From: Spirogloea muscicola
Taxonomy: Eukaryota
Assembly (NCBI GenBank): GCA_009602725.1
Contig: WELB01000024.1
Coordinates: 382,120-446,119 of the forward strand
Reading direction: 5' to 3'
Length of the DNA stretch: 64,000 bases
Numbering within the stretch: the stretch's first letter is position 1; each line of letters begins with the position of its first letter. The notes beneath the pieces were generated by a model. That model was not told the origin of the DNA and ran no database searches. It was given only the letters and a program-made list of their open reading frames with translations. Of the stretch, positions 61,001 through 64,000 are shown one piece after another. A program made the position numbers and the translations under genes.

Positions 61001-64000
61001 AAGGAAGCATATACATGCCTATGCTATATGTACCCCCCACAAAGGCACCTCGGAGTGGAAGCTCGGACATCTTTACTCTGCCATCTTCTCACAGGCAGAC
61101 TGTGCAATAGGAAGCTTAGGCCACCATGTACTTCTACCGTGTACTTCTACCCTGTCATGCCAGTGCACCCGACCAAATCATGAGCCCTATTGCTACGTGT
61201 CACTAATGTCTCTATAGACAGCTGACATATGCCATCATTTATGTGGCAGTGACGTCTCTCGTAACAACCTGACTGAGCAGCCATTTCCTTCTTATGTGAC
61301 TGGCCTCCCAAATCTGCAGTTGCTGTATGGTCACACCCTATGTTGGACCCCGTCAAGTGCCACTCTTGCAGGCATTGGTGGCTAGGGACTGTCTGGCCGA
61401 GTGCTTGTCAACCTTGTTGTTGAGAGCAGGGCCACACTAGACATTGAGAAGCGCTGTTTCAGCAGGCCACTGAGCAGGCTGAGCGTCTCATTGCAGGATA
61501 CTCAATGGCAACAAATTCAATGGAACAATACCAGCAAGTCTTGGGACAAGCCTCAAGAAATTGACTTTATTGTGAGTGGTGACTCTTTCAAATCCAACAG
61601 AGTCACGATAGTGCTGTTGCTCGATGTCTCTTTGGTCTTCATGCCTCTGTAACTGCCGTTCCTGTACCATGGTGTCAGGGGAGTCTTGGGGGGAGCTTAC
61701 CCCTCAATTCATGTAACAGCAAGCAACATAAGTTGCTCACAATGCTGAGTGTCAATCGCTGCAGGCGATTGGATGACAACCGCTTCAGTGGCAGCTTCCC
61801 CATGTCGCTCATCCCCCTGATAAACTCCACAGCTCTTAAGACACTCAGTGTGGCCTCAAATTACCTTACTGGCATGCAGCCCAACATCACAGCCAAGGGG
61901 GTGTTCCTCAACTTCACAAAGAATTGCTTTGGTTTCACCACAGGCGGTCACATGCCTAGTGCAGGCCAGAGGGCGAATCTGGAATGTCAGCTATTCTACG
62001 GTGTTCCTGTGCCACCACCACCTTCGCCGCCGCCGCCACCTCCACAATCCCCACCTCCACCACCTGGTAACTGTCCAGCATTCACATTTGGCAGGTGTAG
62101 CCAGAGGTTCACCAGCTCTACAGACAGTTCCTGGCATTCTAATCTGGATGACACGGCGGCTCCTTCCTTTCTTGTGTCTTGGCAGCTTCGTGCACCACAG
62201 AAGGAAGTACCACAGAATGTCCCGATGCCGTAGATTTTGCCAATAATGACTGTGCTTCCGTTGTATGCAGGTGAGCAAGAATTTCTCCTCACATGTATAC
62301 TACAAATAACTATGAGATATGCTTGACGTGTGCATATAATTCTAGCATGACCCAGACGGTAGCAGCTCAAAGCAGGCCCTCTTGGAATGGCTCCTTATGA
62401 AGACCTGACCTCTGTGTGCGCATGATGCTGCAGGAGTGGGATATGCGTGCATGTCTTCCAGCCTGCACAAAGTCCTTGCAGGATATACCCCGAATATTAC
62501 CCACTCATTTGGCGTGATGATCCTCAGTTCTGCCAGCAGGAGCTTTCTTGTGATGGGTACTTGACTGCCTTTTACTCGACGCGCAGACATGCAAGCAGGC
62601 TTGATAAAACTTGCTTAGCACGTGGATGTGATGAGCAACAGAAGGGCTGTGGCGATGTGCTCAGCCGTCTTGCCATGCTTGAGTACAAGAAATGAGTGAT
62701 CCATTTGACAAACCACTTATGCACGTCGTGGAACAAGGATGCCGTGTCAAAAGGTTGGCCGCAAGCTTGCAGAATGGACCAGTGTTTTCACTGAGTTGCT
62801 AGGTGTTCTCTGAGGTGAAGTCGACTTCCGCTTCATAGGAGTGGATGAAAGGTATTGACAGGTTCATCCGTCTGCTGCAGGAAGGGGAGTTGCGTGATAC
62901 AGCAAGCAATCGATGGTGCCCTCTGTTCTGGAGCTTTTGACCAATGCCAAGATCATCTGTGCAGGTTGTTCATTGCAAATGCAGCAACTCATCCCACTGC
63001 GACATTGATGTCATGTTGCAGTACCTTGCCATGTCCCTTTGCAAGTCACATGTGACTTGCCTAGCCATGTGTACGAGTCTAGACTGACCATCACTCATTA
63101 ACGTGGCAGCCTGACCATGCAGAGATGTGCTTGTCCATGTAACTTCACTTCTGTTTGTCTGCAGGAATGGCACTTGCACAGCCTTTCCGCATCCTGGAAG
63201 ACCGTGCAAGAATGCTTTCACATGGGATAATCCCCCAGTGAATCCTCAGTGGAATTCTGGTTGCTACCATCTTACTTGCAACAGGTAAATATAGATGCTA
63301 TTACCAAGCATGAGCTTGTAGTGTGCTTCGACACTCCCCTCATCTCATCACCAGCACACATCCAATGCCATGTCGTGGCGTAGGTCTCAAAGCTCTGTGT
63401 AGGTCAGATCCTGGATGCTTCTATAACTTCATGCAAGTACTTTCAACAGGGTAAACTCAATTTCGACTGTTCTGTTACTTCTGTCATGCTGCTTCGTGCG
63501 GAGGTGTGCAGCAGAGTGCTTACTGATGATCACTCTTGCTCTCTTTGCTCAGCACTGGGGGCTGCTATACTGTTGTCTTTGCAAACAACAAGACCTTGTG
63601 CAACTCTACCTCTCTGCCAAACTGCAAGACAAACTACTGCAGGTGCTGCTCCACTCCCTTCCTTTCATGTCATTTGCTTTCTTGCTCCTATCCTTGATAT
63701 CGATTGCCGGCAAGTATTCGGGCATCAGATAGCGACCTCTGTGCTGACTCGTGGTTACTGAGCGGGTCAGCTTAGCAGCAGGTGATGTACATATGTCAAT
63801 GTGCTTGCCTTTGTACGTGGCCACACGGGCCCTCCATCACTTACTATACACTCCACTCCTTGAGGGGCTAGTAGAATTACGCTACATGAGAATAGCAATC
63901 TGGTCCCATAGGCAAAGACAGGAATTGAGTTAGCTCTGGAAAACGATATCACATTGCAGTGGGAATGGCTTCTGTGGTACTCAAGTATGGACCAGCCCAG
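58061..64000 (+). CDS. Secreted or receptor-like LRR protein with Pro-rich linker and Cys-rich repeats, runs off right edge
   Basis: Signal-like MAAAPGPLALALLLAA. LRRNT exon LATWQGTDPC...WYGITC (59008-59167). Single-LRR exons of ~72-75 nt (NLDNNSLNGPIPTSIGNLKNLTLL and others). SPPPP linker (~62010-62064), then Cys-rich exons to the window end. Confidence 0.8.
63715..63830 (+). mobile_element. RLE retroelement 3' remnant inside an intron of the LRR gene
   Basis: ...VLTRGY* followed by gcgggtca...atgtgcttgcctttgtacgtggcca, matching 360-440. Confidence 0.65.

Overview
Eukaryotic, intron-rich, GC-rich nuclear DNA of a green plant lineage. Land-plant-like orthologues and compact GT-AG introns suggest a streptophyte alga (inference). 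The assembly has two long N gaps and five single-N breaks, mostly at GC-rich gene 5' ends. About 14 protein genes are supported: a CHTOP/FoP-like protein, KEOPS PCC1 (absent from the ORF track), an FCP1/NIF-type HAD phosphatase with an unprocessed tandem pseudogene, a GT61 glycosyltransferase, PEX11B, UTP14, an F-box/LRR protein, an unknown protein, plastid PDH E2 (LTA2), FOLT1, SF3B1, a peroxisomal polyamine oxidase, a WW-domain membrane protein, and an LRR/Pro-rich/Cys-repeat secreted or receptor-like protein. Most lie in head-to-head pairs marked by (GCC)n tracts. Main accessory signals: (i) many 5'-truncated remnants of several subfamilies of a restriction-like-endonuclease (RLE) non-LTR retrotransposon. 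They end in conserved 3' hairpins and pyrimidine (not poly-A) tails, pile up in divergent promoters, and form a ~7 kb nest containing a ~680 bp inverted repeat. (ii) A spliced, possibly non-AUG, uORF in the polyamine oxidase leader. (iii) A one-repeat-per-exon LRR + extensin-like + Cys-repeat architecture. All homology calls are from recognition of motifs, not database searches.
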